From IMG/VR virus record IMGVR_UViG_3300043399_000509: a stretch of 64,000 nt of DNA; one strand, 5' to 3'. Origin of the DNA: a virus. Below the pieces are notes generated by a model. The model was not told the DNA's origin, searched no databases, and was given only the letters and a program-made list of their open reading frames with translations. A program made the translations under genes and the position numbers. The number at the start of each line of letters is the position of its first letter. Positions within the stretch are counted from its first letter, which is position 1. Shown piece by piece: positions 1 to 9,408 of the stretch.

Positions 1-753
1 GTCATCTTTACGAGATATTGTAATATTGAAAGCAAGCAGCAACATAACTGCCAGTGGATCAAATACAAATATCACCAATAGTATCACAAATCTTACTGCT
101 TTGTCAATGACTTCATTGGACGAATCCTCGTAGATAACCTCTGCGACATATTTGAGAGGACCTACTTCTGCTTCTAACTTTTTGACTTCAGCATCACCCT
201 TGATCTTTTCAATACGCATAGGCTTTAGTTCTTCAAGAAGTTTATTCTTTTGATCTACAAGCTCTTGGCGATTCTTCTTTTGTTCTTTAGAAGCAGAAAG
301 AGCAGATGTTCCGCTTTTCTTTTCAATGATCTTATTGATTGAATCGTCAATGACCTTGATTTGCTTATCAATATCAGCAATCTCCTCTTGTTTGAACTTT
401 ATTTGCTCATCAAGAATTGTTTGTCCGCTGGCTGCACCAGTCTCAATAGATACCTGATGTTCAATATGAGCACGAGACAGAAAACCAAAGATGCCCATTG
501 ATGTGATGCCCATAAGGACGACTATCGCTAATAGAAAATATGACTTCACCCTCCATTTGATATATGACCAGTTATGATATAACCAGGATACTGCGACAAG
601 TTTACCTATTTCAAGAATTGATCCCATAATAACAACTGGCCAAAACGCACCAGCAAAGATTGCTGTAAGACCGATGATGCTGTAATAAGCAGCAACACCA
701 GACAATGCCAACCCTGTTATTAGCACAAGGAAGGCTAAAATATTGTGTTTCAT
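1..753 (-). CDS. Conserved T4-like membrane protein with coiled-coil region (partial; 3' end outside window)
   Basis: Manual translation from ATG at 753: MKHNILAFLVLITGLALSGVAAYYSIIGLTAIFAGAFWPVVIMGSILEIGKL...GIFGFLSRAH...EVGPLKYVAE...IFVFDPLAVMLLLA. Several TM helices flank a coiled coil; the frame is open to the window edge. Confidence 0.8.
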   Translation of the reverse strand, partial: MKHNILAFLVLITGLALSGVAAYYSIIGLTAIFAGAFWPVVIMGSILEIGKLVAVSWLYHNWSYIKWRVKSYFLLAIVVLMGITSMGIFGFLSRAHIEHQVSIETGAASGQTILDEQIKFKQEEIADIDKQIKVIDDSINKIIEKKSGTSALSASKEQKKNRQELVDQKNKLLEELKPMRIEKIKGDAEVKKLEAEVGPLKYVAEVIYEDSSNEVIDKAVRFVILLVIFVFDPLAVMLLLAFNITISRKDD

Positions 754-785
754 GACACCCTTCTGTTGTATATGTTAGCTTTTAT

Positions 786-1535
786 TTATGTGAAAAAGTC
801 GTCTAATGATTGTGTGTTATTTTGTTCTACTAATCGCAGCATTTTGTTTCTTTTTCTTGATTCAAAACATTTTTTTACAGTTTCTGGATTCTTCATTCCA
901 TTATTAGCAGATAATTTTGCTCTTGCTTCTGGATTATTTTCGAAATATTGTTTTACTGATTTTGATACTTTCGCTCTTGATTCTGGGTTTTTCGAAGGAT
1001 GTTTATTTGGATTATCCTTATAATATTGTTTCATTGATTTCGATATATTTGCTCTTGCTTCTGGATTATCCTTATAATATTGTTTTATTGATTTTGATGT
1101 GTTTGCTCTTGCTTCTGGATTATCCTTATAATATTGTTTTACTGATTTTGATTTGTTTGCTCTTATTTCAGGTCTTTTCATAGGATTATTTTCACCAGTT
1201 ATGAAGAAAGGATGAACCATTTTTCCGGCAGTAGCATTTAGACAAGACCCTTTCCTATCTTTACCATACAATCCGTGTTTTTGCCAGCCTTCTTTTATAA
1301 GTTCAGGTTCTTCGTCTCTAAATGTCTCAAAGAACTCATCATACACACCATACTTCAATATCTCTTTTGTCTTCACATATGATTCATCTTTCCATAGGTC
1401 AGCATAGGTTGTTGGGCTTCCCATATAAGAATCTTCTTCCGGTAAACAATAGCAAGACCTAATACCAAAGTAATATAGTGGTCTTTGTCTCTTTTTCTTC
1501 AAAGTAATTTTGTAGAGATACACATATTTTGACAT
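786..1535 (-). CDS. Seg-like GIY-YIG homing endonuclease with repeated C-terminal DNA-binding units
   Basis: YVYLYKI...YYFGIR...YMGS N-terminus, GENNPMK motif and 18-aa repeats KQYYKDNPEARANxSKS. Start overlaps the gp43 stop (TAATG). Confidence 0.75.
   Translation of the reverse strand: MSKYVYLYKITLKKKRQRPLYYFGIRSCYCLPEEDSYMGSPTTYADLWKDESYVKTKEILKYGVYDEFFETFRDEEPELIKEGWQKHGLYGKDRKGSCLNATAGKMVHPFFITGENNPMKRPEIRANKSKSVKQYYKDNPEARANTSKSIKQYYKDNPEARANISKSMKQYYKDNPNKHPSKNPESRAKVSKSVKQYFENNPEARAKLSANNGMKNPETVKKCFESRKRNKMLRLVEQNNTQSLDDFFT
918..1165. repeat. Coding 54-bp tandem repeats inside the homing endonuclease
   Basis: The unit gctcttgcttctggattatccttataatattgttt... recurs at about 1051 and 1105, with degenerate copies on either side. 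Confidence 0.85.
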
Positions 1536-4084
1536 TACGAAAAGAAATCCTCCAGACTTGCTACTTTCTCAGTCTTCCAACCAATGCAATCAAGAATGAT
1601 TTTTAGTGGTTCAAGAAAACTCTTTTCAAACTGTGTATTATAGTCGATATACTTCTTTATGTCAAGGTCTTCTGGTATTGCCTGCGGAAATGATATCACA
1701 TTGCTTCTAATCGTGTTTGGCTCTTTTAGATAGATGAACTTGATCTTATCGGCATCCTTGATTAATGGATATTTCTTGGTTAGTTTCTTGGATTTGATGA
1801 GGTTATTATAAACAATAGACCCCCGAACATGAATAGGTGTACCCTTGGCATATGATCCAGTTTTATTGTCAGTATATGTATCAATACCGTTCACACCACG
1901 AGGAAACGCAATCTGGTCTTCTGGTAGATTAGTAAACTCTTTCCTAAAGGACTCAATGAACTCAATCATTTCATCTTCTGTCTTGGATAGCATAAAATCA
2001 ACAGAAGCAAGCAACTTTTCACGACAGGCTGAAGGTGTGGAACTTTTGATCATTTCAAGTCCCATAATCTTTACCTTGGGCTTTGTATATTCCACACCTT
2101 CGTTGTTGTATACATTTAGAATGTATCGTTTCTTTGCCGTCCAAATTCCTTTGTCCGCCAAGGCTTCTCGCTTCATAATCATCTTCTGTGCTAACGCATT
2201 AGTATATTCAGCAAGCTCATTATAAGACTTGTCAATATACGGCTGAATCTTATTTTCACAGACCTTATCCAAGAATGCGATAGTTTGTTTTGTTCCAGAA
2301 GACGGATTTGATGTAAGTACAGTTTTGCACACCAAGTCATCAAGAGATAGGTAAATTGAGTCAGTATCTGAGGCAATTACATAGTCCTTGTTAGATGATC
2401 CTAACACTCTATTTAGATAATCATTTAGTTTCTTTTCAATCCACCGAATAGCCAACTGACCAGATGTGGTAATGGCTGATGCCTGACGAACATCAAAGAA
2501 CCTGAAATATTGATTTCCCAAAGCACCATAGGCTGAGTTTAGACAAACTTTCTTAGCCAACTGGAGATTGTTGAAACGAGCGATTCTCTTTTCAATCTCG
2601 ATTCTCTTTTCTTTATCAGTTTCTTTTTCAAGTTCCTTCTTTGCTTCAATCGCTTTTTCTTTATACTTCGATCTGTCATTATACATAGTCTCCATAATAT
2701 GGGCAAGAAATCCCTGACCATCCACCTTGAACAACTGTCCATTTGGTGTGAGAGTAACACCAAGTTCTTTCAGGGCTCTTGTATCAACTTCTTTGTTGAG
2801 CATAGAATCAATGCTAATATTCTGCGAAATGATTTTACGCATTTCATTTGTGTAGTTTTCAGGCTCAATAAACTTGTCTGGACTAATATTGAACTGCATA
2901 ATCAAATGTGGATAAAGCGAGTTCAAGTCAAAGCTTGCCACCCAATTATGTAATCCAACCATAGGGTCTTTGACATATGCACCAACATATGCTTCATCCT
3001 TATCGTGTGATGTGATAGGAGGTAGAACCTTATGGTCTTTTCTTAGTTCATTGAAAATGATATTATCCCACATACGAACCTGGGCGAACACATCATCATA
3101 GTTTGATTTGCTGTCATATGCCAGAGTAAGAGCAAGGTCGATAAGCTTTAGTTTGTCGTCCAGCTTATCAACAAGCTCAACGTCACGAATATTATACTCA
3201 ATAAACTTTTGAAAATCTTCTTTGTATAGATTGTGCAGGTTACCGTATTCAGCATAGGATAACTTACGCTCACCAAGTTCTTCGTGGCAGATATGGTCTA
3301 ACTTATATGACTCTTGTGGTTTGAGAACAAATTTCTTATAGAGTTCAATATAATCCAGTGTACCAATACCCAGGAGAGAGTACGCAATCTGTTCCTTGCC
3401 CATAATATATGTGGTACGGTTTGTAACCTTATGCCAGGGAGAAAGTCTGTTCGCCTGTGTTTCACCAAGTATCTTTGTGATACGATTGATAAGATATGGA
3501 ATATCGAAGAACTTGATGTTCCATCCAGTTACAATATCTGGATAGTTCAAAGTCCAACGATCTAGGAATCTTTTGATGAGATCAATCTCGTCACTACATC
3601 TAACATATGTAACATCAGCACGATTATTAACAAACTCACCGCAGCCATATACAAAAATACCATCATGCATCCGGCAAGTAATAGCAGTAATAGATTCATT
3701 AGCCAATCCCGGATCAGGGAAGCCGTTTTCACTACCCACTTCGATATCGATGTTAGCAACATGTATTAAATTCTTATCCCAGTCTACATACGCATCTGCG
3801 TATAAATCAGAAATATACGCATACTCGTATTTTTGGTTTCCATAGACTTTGAAGTTGTCTACGTCCTTGTATTTATTGATAAAATCACGACAATCCCTGA
3901 TTGTCCCAGGCTTGATGCTGGACATATACTCACCAGAGATTGTCGTGTACTTTGTTGGTGTGTTAGTTCGTAGAAAAAAAGTTGGATGATAGTCCAACTT
4001 CTTCATTACTTTTCTACCGTTCTCAACCCCTCTATACAATATTTTAGAACCGTAGACTTGTACGTTAGTATAGAAGGATTGCAT
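1535..4084 (-). CDS. gp43: Family B DNA polymerase (T4 gp43)
   Basis: ExoI DIEV, SFDLNSLYPH, KVCLNSAYG, SDTDS and KKRY motifs; C-terminal clamp-binding peptide SLEDFFS. Confidence 0.98.
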   Translation of the reverse strand: MQSFYTNVQVYGSKILYRGVENGRKVMKKLDYHPTFFLRTNTPTKYTTISGEYMSSIKPGTIRDCRDFINKYKDVDNFKVYGNQKYEYAYISDLYADAYVDWDKNLIHVANIDIEVGSENGFPDPGLANESITAITCRMHDGIFVYGCGEFVNNRADVTYVRCSDEIDLIKRFLDRWTLNYPDIVTGWNIKFFDIPYLINRITKILGETQANRLSPWHKVTNRTTYIMGKEQIAYSLLGIGTLDYIELYKKFVLKPQESYKLDHICHEELGERKLSYAEYGNLHNLYKEDFQKFIEYNIRDVELVDKLDDKLKLIDLALTLAYDSKSNYDDVFAQVRMWDNIIFNELRKDHKVLPPITSHDKDEAYVGAYVKDPMVGLHNWVASFDLNSLYPHLIMQFNISPDKFIEPENYTNEMRKIISQNISIDSMLNKEVDTRALKELGVTLTPNGQLFKVDGQGFLAHIMETMYNDRSKYKEKAIEAKKELEKETDKEKRIEIEKRIARFNNLQLAKKVCLNSAYGALGNQYFRFFDVRQASAITTSGQLAIRWIEKKLNDYLNRVLGSSNKDYVIASDTDSIYLSLDDLVCKTVLTSNPSSGTKQTIAFLDKVCENKIQPYIDKSYNELAEYTNALAQKMIMKREALADKGIWTAKKRYILNVYNNEGVEYTKPKVKIMGLEMIKSSTPSACREKLLASVDFMLSKTEDEMIEFIESFRKEFTNLPEDQIAFPRGVNGIDTYTDNKTGSYAKGTPIHVRGSIVYNNLIKSKKLTKKYPLIKDADKIKFIYLKEPNTIRSNVISFPQAIPEDLDIKKYIDYNTQFEKSFLEPLKIILDCIGWKTEKVASLEDFFS

Positions 4085-4104
4085 TTTTCACCTTTTTGTA
4101 AAGA

Positions 4105-4416
4105 TTAGTCTGGCATCATAATCTTGGATGATGGCATTACAATACCACCAAAAATTGAGTTATACTGGTTGATAAACTCTTGAATAGGCTTCATTATAAG
4201 CAAAATATGATCTTTATCAAGGGTAAACTCTTTCTCATCAGAGAACTCAGCCCAAGGAGCAAGACCTACTGTTGGAGTCTTTGGATCAGCCTTACTAGGA
4301 ACAATGGCAATCCTAACCGGATTCTTAATCTTTAAGAAATTGCCACCATCCATAGTAACTTCAGTCAAAATTTCTTCAGTGTTTATTAACTTCAATAATC
4401 TAATGTCTAGTGCCAT
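4105..4416 (-). CDS. Conserved T4-like hypothetical protein (possible Sm-like beta fold)
   Basis: IRLLKLINTEEIL...KNPVRI...GLAPW...FINQYNSIFGGIV pattern; typical position upstream of gp43. Confidence 0.7.
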   Translation of the reverse strand: MALDIRLLKLINTEEILTEVTMDGGNFLKIKNPVRIAIVPSKADPKTPTVGLAPWAEFSDEKEFTLDKDHILLIMKPIQEFINQYNSIFGGIVMPSSKIMMPD

Positions 4417-4419
4417 ATA

Positions 4420-4626
4420 TTATACCTCTTCCATAACAAAGTCATATACACCAATAGTCATCCACTTTTCAGGAATCAGAGTCACCTTTGATCCTGATTC
4501 ATTCTGGTAGGTGTATGCATTTTCTCTATCCATAATCTTCACAATCTTCTCCCAGCGGCCATCAAATGCACGCTGGACCAATTGTGTTTCAAGGATTTCA
4601 CTTACAAGCATCCAATTTTCCTCCAA
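4420..4626 (-). CDS. Hypothetical protein
   Basis: 68-aa ORF tightly packed in the operon; start codon uncertain. Confidence 0.55.
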   Translation of the reverse strand: MEENWMLVSEILETQLVQRAFDGRWEKIVKIMDRENAYTYQNESGSKVTLIPEKWMTIGVYDFVMEEV

Positions 4627-4804
4627 TAAAGGCTTTCACTTCTTCATATTCATTACTAACATCCTGAACAGAACCATTGTTAAACCTTATGGTAAGGCTA
4701 CCAGGATTGTTTACTGATTGTGATATGCTAGTAATATGGTACTTATTGATTAGTATATACGATCCATCCACCCTTGTCAACTCAACAAAGTTGCTCATGT
4801 TCAC
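4598..4804 (-). CDS. FlbD/SwrD-like small protein
   Basis: FVELTRVDGSYILINKYHITSI...TIRFNNG...VSNEYEEV resembles the FlbD family pattern. Confidence 0.5.
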   Translation of the reverse strand: MNMSNFVELTRVDGSYILINKYHITSISQSVNNPGSLTIRFNNGSVQDVSNEYEEVKAFIGGKLDACK

Positions 4805-4971
4805 TTCTTTTTCCTTGGTGCTGCTGGTTTCTTTGTGGTTGATTGCTTCTTAACAAACTCAGGAACAATTGTCTGTTCTTCAGTTGGCTTGACTTCAATA
4901 TTCTCAACGGCTTCCTTTGCCTTTATCAGCCCTACTCCAATATAGTCCTTTACCTTATCCCAAAACGACAT
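4801..4971 (-). CDS. Hypothetical 56-aa protein with basic tail (not in ORF track)
   Basis: MSFWDKVKDYIGVGLIKAKEAVENIEVKPTEEQTIVPEFVKKQSTTKKPAAPRKKK; fills the gap and overlaps both neighbours. Confidence 0.6.
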   Translation of the reverse strand: MSFWDKVKDYIGVGLIKAKEAVENIEVKPTEEQTIVPEFVKKQSTTKKPAAPRKKK

Positions 4972-5839
4972 TTACTTTCTCCTTTATCTCTTTATATAAT
5001 TGTTGCTCACCCGAATATGTGATAAACTTATAATCACACTTTGTAGGTATATTGTATATATGGCAATCCTGTGGATTAGCACCAAAACAAATCATTTTTT
5101 TATTTGGGTCATTCACATTATCATCAATTAGACTAAACACAAAAGGTCCTGAACTTTTTCCAATAATCACATCACAAAATTTAGAAAGATATGCAATCTC
5201 ATTTAGATCAAAATCTTTCCTTTGATTTATATTATCTGTGAAGAATACATTTTGATTGTTAGAAATAAACTTATGTGTTGCAATAAAAATAACATTTGGA
5301 TTTTCATCAGCCATATGATTTATCATATCGGCCATGTTACCATTATACTGACATTGACCAGAAAGGCCAGGACCATTACTCAGTAGAACCTTCTTTTTAT
5401 CTTTATGAGTTTCTAAGAATGTGTCTTGTAATGAATGATCTAATTTATCAAAGTTGATTGTTAGTTTGTATTCATCAATATCCTTGATTTTTAGATTTGT
5501 TCCAAGATCATTATTCAAAGACTTATAGATTAGATCATACATCTTGTGCATAAAAAGAAGATTACATGCAGCTTCCTTTTCAAAGAAACTGAAATATGAT
5601 CCTACCCAAGTATTGATAAAAACTGCTGTATTGGTTGCGGCCAACTTACCATTTTGACCTAGAGGGAAGTTATTCCCAAATGATAATGGCTCACAATCAA
5701 TATCAAAAAGCACCTTTGGGCTATTGAAATGTGCATAGAAATACTTACCCTCTAGTTGGGACATAATGTCTTTTATAAAGGGTTTACTGAGAAACACATC
5801 ACCATTATGATAATGATTGAAGAATATAATATCCTTCAC
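4955..5839 (-). CDS. Putative glycosyltransferase (GT-B, GT9-like)
   Basis: N-terminal HNGDVF and C-terminal DLNEIAYLSKFCDVIIGKSSGP resemble GT9 motifs; lies in the sugar island. Confidence 0.55.
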   Translation of the reverse strand: MKDIIFFNHYHNGDVFLSKPFIKDIMSQLEGKYFYAHFNSPKVLFDIDCEPLSFGNNFPLGQNGKLAATNTAVFINTWVGSYFSFFEKEAACNLLFMHKMYDLIYKSLNNDLGTNLKIKDIDEYKLTINFDKLDHSLQDTFLETHKDKKKVLLSNGPGLSGQCQYNGNMADMINHMADENPNVIFIATHKFISNNQNVFFTDNINQRKDFDLNEIAYLSKFCDVIIGKSSGPFVFSLIDDNVNDPNKKMICFGANPQDCHIYNIPTKCDYKFITYSGEQQLYKEIKEKVNVVLG

Positions 5840-6183
5840 TGCTGAACACCCCTATAAATCTTTACTGAGTCTTCACGCAACGATCTACCCTTTGCAATAG
5901 AGTCATCAACAAGTAGATTGATTGCCTGTACAAGATTTGGCCGCTTCACCTTGAAGCAAATATCCAGCTTTCGCTTGATGTCTGCAACCTCACTGTCTGA
6001 CTTGGCTTCCTGAATGATATCTTCTAACATCCAGGTTCGAATGTGGAGAATGACAAGCTTTTCAATAATCTCTCCCAAGTTATCCGTCTTCACATATTCA
6101 ATCTCATTTGGGAGGTCTTGTTGAGATAAAATCTCATTTACCTTGTCTTTGATCAAGAAGTCAATCATTTCAGCAAAATCCAT
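5836..6183 (-). CDS. DUF4254-like protein
   Basis: DNLGEIIEKLVILHIRTWMLED...KRKLD...KRPNLVQAIN; this family is usually found beside glycosyltransferases. Confidence 0.6.
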   Translation of the reverse strand: MDFAEMIDFLIKDKVNEILSQQDLPNEIEYVKTDNLGEIIEKLVILHIRTWMLEDIIQEAKSDSEVADIKRKLDICFKVKRPNLVQAINLLVDDSIAKGRSLREDSVKIYRGVQQ

Positions 6184-6184
6184 T

Positions 6185-7348
6185 TTATAGTTCTCCTATA
6201 ATCTTATCTAATAGTTTTATATCGCTTTCTGTCACAAACTGATTATTCCCCACATATATGCCATTGCTATGAATGATATCAGCATTTGGAAACTGTGTTA
6301 GGTCAGTTACAAAATCTTTCAAGTATGGTTGCTTCAATAGATTTCCTGCAACGATAGGTCTATATTCAATATTATTCTCATTTAGCTTATTTGTCAATAT
6401 CTTTTTTGTGTCCTGGTTGCGACAAATAATAGGGAAACAGAAACTACTGTTGTTTGGGTGGTAATAGACTGGATATATTTTATCTGTATGTTTTGTCATG
6501 GCCAGATAAAATTCCATGTATCTTTTTCTTCTATTGTTGATAAATCCATCCAGTTTTTGAATTTGAGATAAACCAAGAACAGCAGCAATTTCTGTATTTC
6601 TAAAGTTATATCCATCTGTTACGAACAAGAAAGATGGTTCAATACCAGGGTTTTCTTTTTGAATGTCCTCAAAGTTATTAGAAAATCTGGACAAACCGTG
6701 TGATCTTTTCATCAACATCAAATCATACAACTTATCATTGTCGGTACAAACCATACCGCCTTCAATAGTTGACATGTGATGTCCAAAGTAGAAACTAAAG
6801 GTAGCACCTTGTGAGTTTGCTCCTACTCTATAACCATCCAAAGTTCTGGCACCATGAGATTCACATACATCATCCAAGAAGATAGCCTTTGGGAATATCT
6901 TCTTATATAGGCTTATATTAGCAGGAATGCCTAAAAGATGTGTGGTAAATACTATCTTGATATCAGGATGTTCTTCTGCAATCCTCTCCATATGATCAGC
7001 ATCAAAACTAAAATGTTTGAGACTTACATCACAGAATATTGGTGTGAATCCCAACTGAAATACAGGATTGATATTTGTAACCCAAGTACAGGCCGGAACA
7101 AGAACCTTATCACCATCCTTTAGTGAATAAAGTTCCTTGATAGCAGCCAATAAAAGAAAGTTGGCAGAGCTTCCAGAAGTCACAAAGACGGCATGTTTAC
7201 ACCCAAGCCAATAAGACCAAGCTTTCTCAAACTCCTCAACCTTTGGTCCTTGAGTAAACTTATTAGATTTCAAAACAAACTTGGCCAAGTTCCATCTGTC
7301 ACAGAAGGTTAGTGTATCCTTCATCAAAGGCCATTTATACTCTTTCAT
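6185..7348 (-). CDS. colD: PLP-dependent DegT-family enzyme, ColD-like GDP-4-keto-6-deoxymannose 3-dehydratase
   Basis: SGSSANFL, DDVCESHGA, FSFYFGHHMSTIEGG (His in place of the Schiff-base Lys), GYNFR and IEYRPIVAGN; adjacent to gmd and fcl. Confidence 0.75.
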   Translation of the reverse strand: MKEYKWPLMKDTLTFCDRWNLAKFVLKSNKFTQGPKVEEFEKAWSYWLGCKHAVFVTSGSSANFLLLAAIKELYSLKDGDKVLVPACTWVTNINPVFQLGFTPIFCDVSLKHFSFDADHMERIAEEHPDIKIVFTTHLLGIPANISLYKKIFPKAIFLDDVCESHGARTLDGYRVGANSQGATFSFYFGHHMSTIEGGMVCTDNDKLYDLMLMKRSHGLSRFSNNFEDIQKENPGIEPSFLFVTDGYNFRNTEIAAVLGLSQIQKLDGFINNRRKRYMEFYLAMTKHTDKIYPVYYHPNNSSFCFPIICRNQDTKKILTNKLNENNIEYRPIVAGNLLKQPYLKDFVTDLTQFPNADIIHSNGIYVGNNQFVTESDIKLLDKIIGEL

Positions 7349-8279
7349 ATGTATTCCTATTCTCTAAAAACCAATCAATTGTTGTCTTCAGGCCATCTTC
7401 AAGTGATGTCTTGGCTTTCCAACCCATAGCATCAAGCTTTGATGTGTCCAGTGCTCTGCGTGGAGTTCCATTAGGCTTTGATGTGTCCCAGACAATATTT
7501 CCTGTATAACCAACCAAACCAGCAATCATTTCAGCGAGTTCTTTGATTGAGATTTCTCTATTTGGACCAATGTTGATGATTTCTGGATCATCATATTTTT
7601 CCATGAGGAAGATGCTGGCATCAGCCATATCATCAGCATATAGAAACTCTCTGGTTGGTGTGCCGTCACCGAAGCAAATGACCTCAGGATCGTTATTCTC
7701 TTTTGCAGCAATGAAACGATTGATAAAGCTTGGAATGACATGGCATTGATTGACCCGGAAGTTATCATTGATACCATAAAGATTGTTGGGCATCACAGAT
7801 ACAGTCTTTAGCCCATACTGTTCTGTGTACTTCTTACACATAATGTAACCAGCAATCTTGGCAATGGAATAACTGATATTAGTTTCTTCCAACGGACCAG
7901 TCATCAAATATTCTTCCTTGATAGGAACAGGAGCAAGCTTGGGATAGATACAGGCTGAACCTAAGAACAAAAGTTTTCTTGCACCTTTGATTAGTGATGC
8001 ATCAATAATATTAGTCTGTATTAGTAGATTTTCACGAATGAAATCTGCTGGATTAGATTTGTTATAACCGATACCACCAACCTTGGCAGCGGCCAAGAAG
8101 ACATACTTGGGTTTATGATAGTCAAAGAAGTCATACACACGATCCTGATCTGTCAAATCAAGATACTTATGATCCATCGTGATAATGTTATCATAACCCT
8201 TTTGTTTTAGCTGCCTGACAAGTGCGGACCCAACCAAGCCTCTATGTCCTGCCACATATATTTTATCATTACTTTTCAT
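7335..8279 (-). CDS. fcl: GDP-L-fucose synthase / ColC-like epimerase-reductase
   Basis: GHRGLVGSA, LAAAKVGGI, FLGSACIYP, YSIAK, PNNLYG and GDGTPTREF motifs; start taken at MKSNDK. Confidence 0.93.
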   Translation of the reverse strand: MKSNDKIYVAGHRGLVGSALVRQLKQKGYDNIITMDHKYLDLTDQDRVYDFFDYHKPKYVFLAAAKVGGIGYNKSNPADFIRENLLIQTNIIDASLIKGARKLLFLGSACIYPKLAPVPIKEEYLMTGPLEETNISYSIAKIAGYIMCKKYTEQYGLKTVSVMPNNLYGINDNFRVNQCHVIPSFINRFIAAKENNDPEVICFGDGTPTREFLYADDMADASIFLMEKYDDPEIINIGPNREISIKELAEMIAGLVGYTGNIVWDTSKPNGTPRRALDTSKLDAMGWKAKTSLEDGLKTTIDWFLENRNTYERV

Positions 8280-8412
8280 CAAGGGCCTCATTCAAAAACT
8301 TTTGTATTTCCTGTAACTGCTTTCTATAATAATCTTGAACATAACCATCATTATATCCACTTTTCATTTCTGTGATCATTTTTCTAATCTCATATTCAAC
8401 ACTATTGTCCAT
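8269..8412 (-). CDS. Hypothetical 47-aa protein
   Basis: [47 protein letters not shown]; bridges gmd and fcl with short overlaps. Confidence 0.55.
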   Translation of the reverse strand: MDNSVEYEIRKMITEMKSGYNDGYVQDYYRKQLQEIQKFLNEALDEK

Positions 8413-9406
8413 GAATAACCATATCCTCCACAAGTTGCTTGAATGTATGCTTTGGTTTCCAACCAAGAACTTTGTGGGCTTTGGACGCATCACCAAGAAG
8501 ACTTTCAACTTCAGCAGGTCTAAAATACTTGGGGTCAACACGAACTATTTCTTTACCTGTTCGCTTATCAATACCAACCTCATTCAAACCTTCGCCCTTC
8601 CATTCAATAAACATACCAAAGTATGGAGATGCTTCTTCCACAAACTGACGAACAGAATATTGTTCTCCGGTTGCGATGACATAATCATCTGGCTTATTTT
8701 GCTGGAGCATCAACCACATTGCTTCCACGAAGTCCTTGGCATGACCCCAATCTCGTTTGGCATTTAGATTACCAAGATAGAGACAATCCTGTCTGCCACT
8801 TGAAATTTGTGACAGACCACGAATGATCTTGCGTGTCACAAAGGTTTCACCACGACGAGGGCTTTCATGATTGAATAGAATGCCGGATGAGGCGTGCATA
8901 TTATATGCTTCACGGTAGTTCTTTACAATCCAGAAGCCATAAATCTTGGCAACACCATATGGTGATCGTGGATAGAAAGGTGTTGTTTCTTTCTGGGGTG
9001 TTTCCTGAACCAAACCATAAAGTTCTGATGTGGATGCCTGATAGAAGCGAGTATATTTTTCAAGCCCAAGAAGCCGGATTGCTTCAAGCATTCGTAACGT
9101 TCCAACAGCATCAACCTGTGCTGTATACTCAGGCATTTCAAACGATACCTTGACGTGAGATTGTGCACCAAGGTTATATACTTCATCGGGACGAGTCTCA
9201 CGCATAATACGAATAAGATTAGATGAGTCTGTCAAATCACCATAATGAAGCTTCAGTCTTGGGTAAATATGATCGATACGATCTGTGTTGATAAGTGATG
9301 CTCGCCGCACAATACCATGAACTTCATATCCTTTGGAGAGGAGCAGTTCAGCCAAATAAGAGCCATCCTGTCCAGTGATACCTGTAATCAATGCTACTTT
9401 ATTCAT
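8402..9406 (-). CDS. gmd: GDP-mannose 4,6-dehydratase
   Basis: [62 protein letters not shown] and RDWGHA. Confidence 0.97.
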   Translation of the reverse strand: MNKVALITGITGQDGSYLAELLLSKGYEVHGIVRRASLINTDRIDHIYPRLKLHYGDLTDSSNLIRIMRETRPDEVYNLGAQSHVKVSFEMPEYTAQVDAVGTLRMLEAIRLLGLEKYTRFYQASTSELYGLVQETPQKETTPFYPRSPYGVAKIYGFWIVKNYREAYNMHASSGILFNHESPRRGETFVTRKIIRGLSQISSGRQDCLYLGNLNAKRDWGHAKDFVEAMWLMLQQNKPDDYVIATGEQYSVRQFVEEASPYFGMFIEWKGEGLNEVGIDKRTGKEIVRVDPKYFRPAEVESLLGDASKAHKVLGWKPKHTFKQLVEDMVIHGQ

Positions 9407-9408
9407 AA

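Noticed and set aside
918-1165. Regular repeats that could suggest a CRISPR array (also 63767-64000)
   Set aside because: The units are in-frame coding repeats (54 and 102 bp) without unique spacers, and no cas genes are present.
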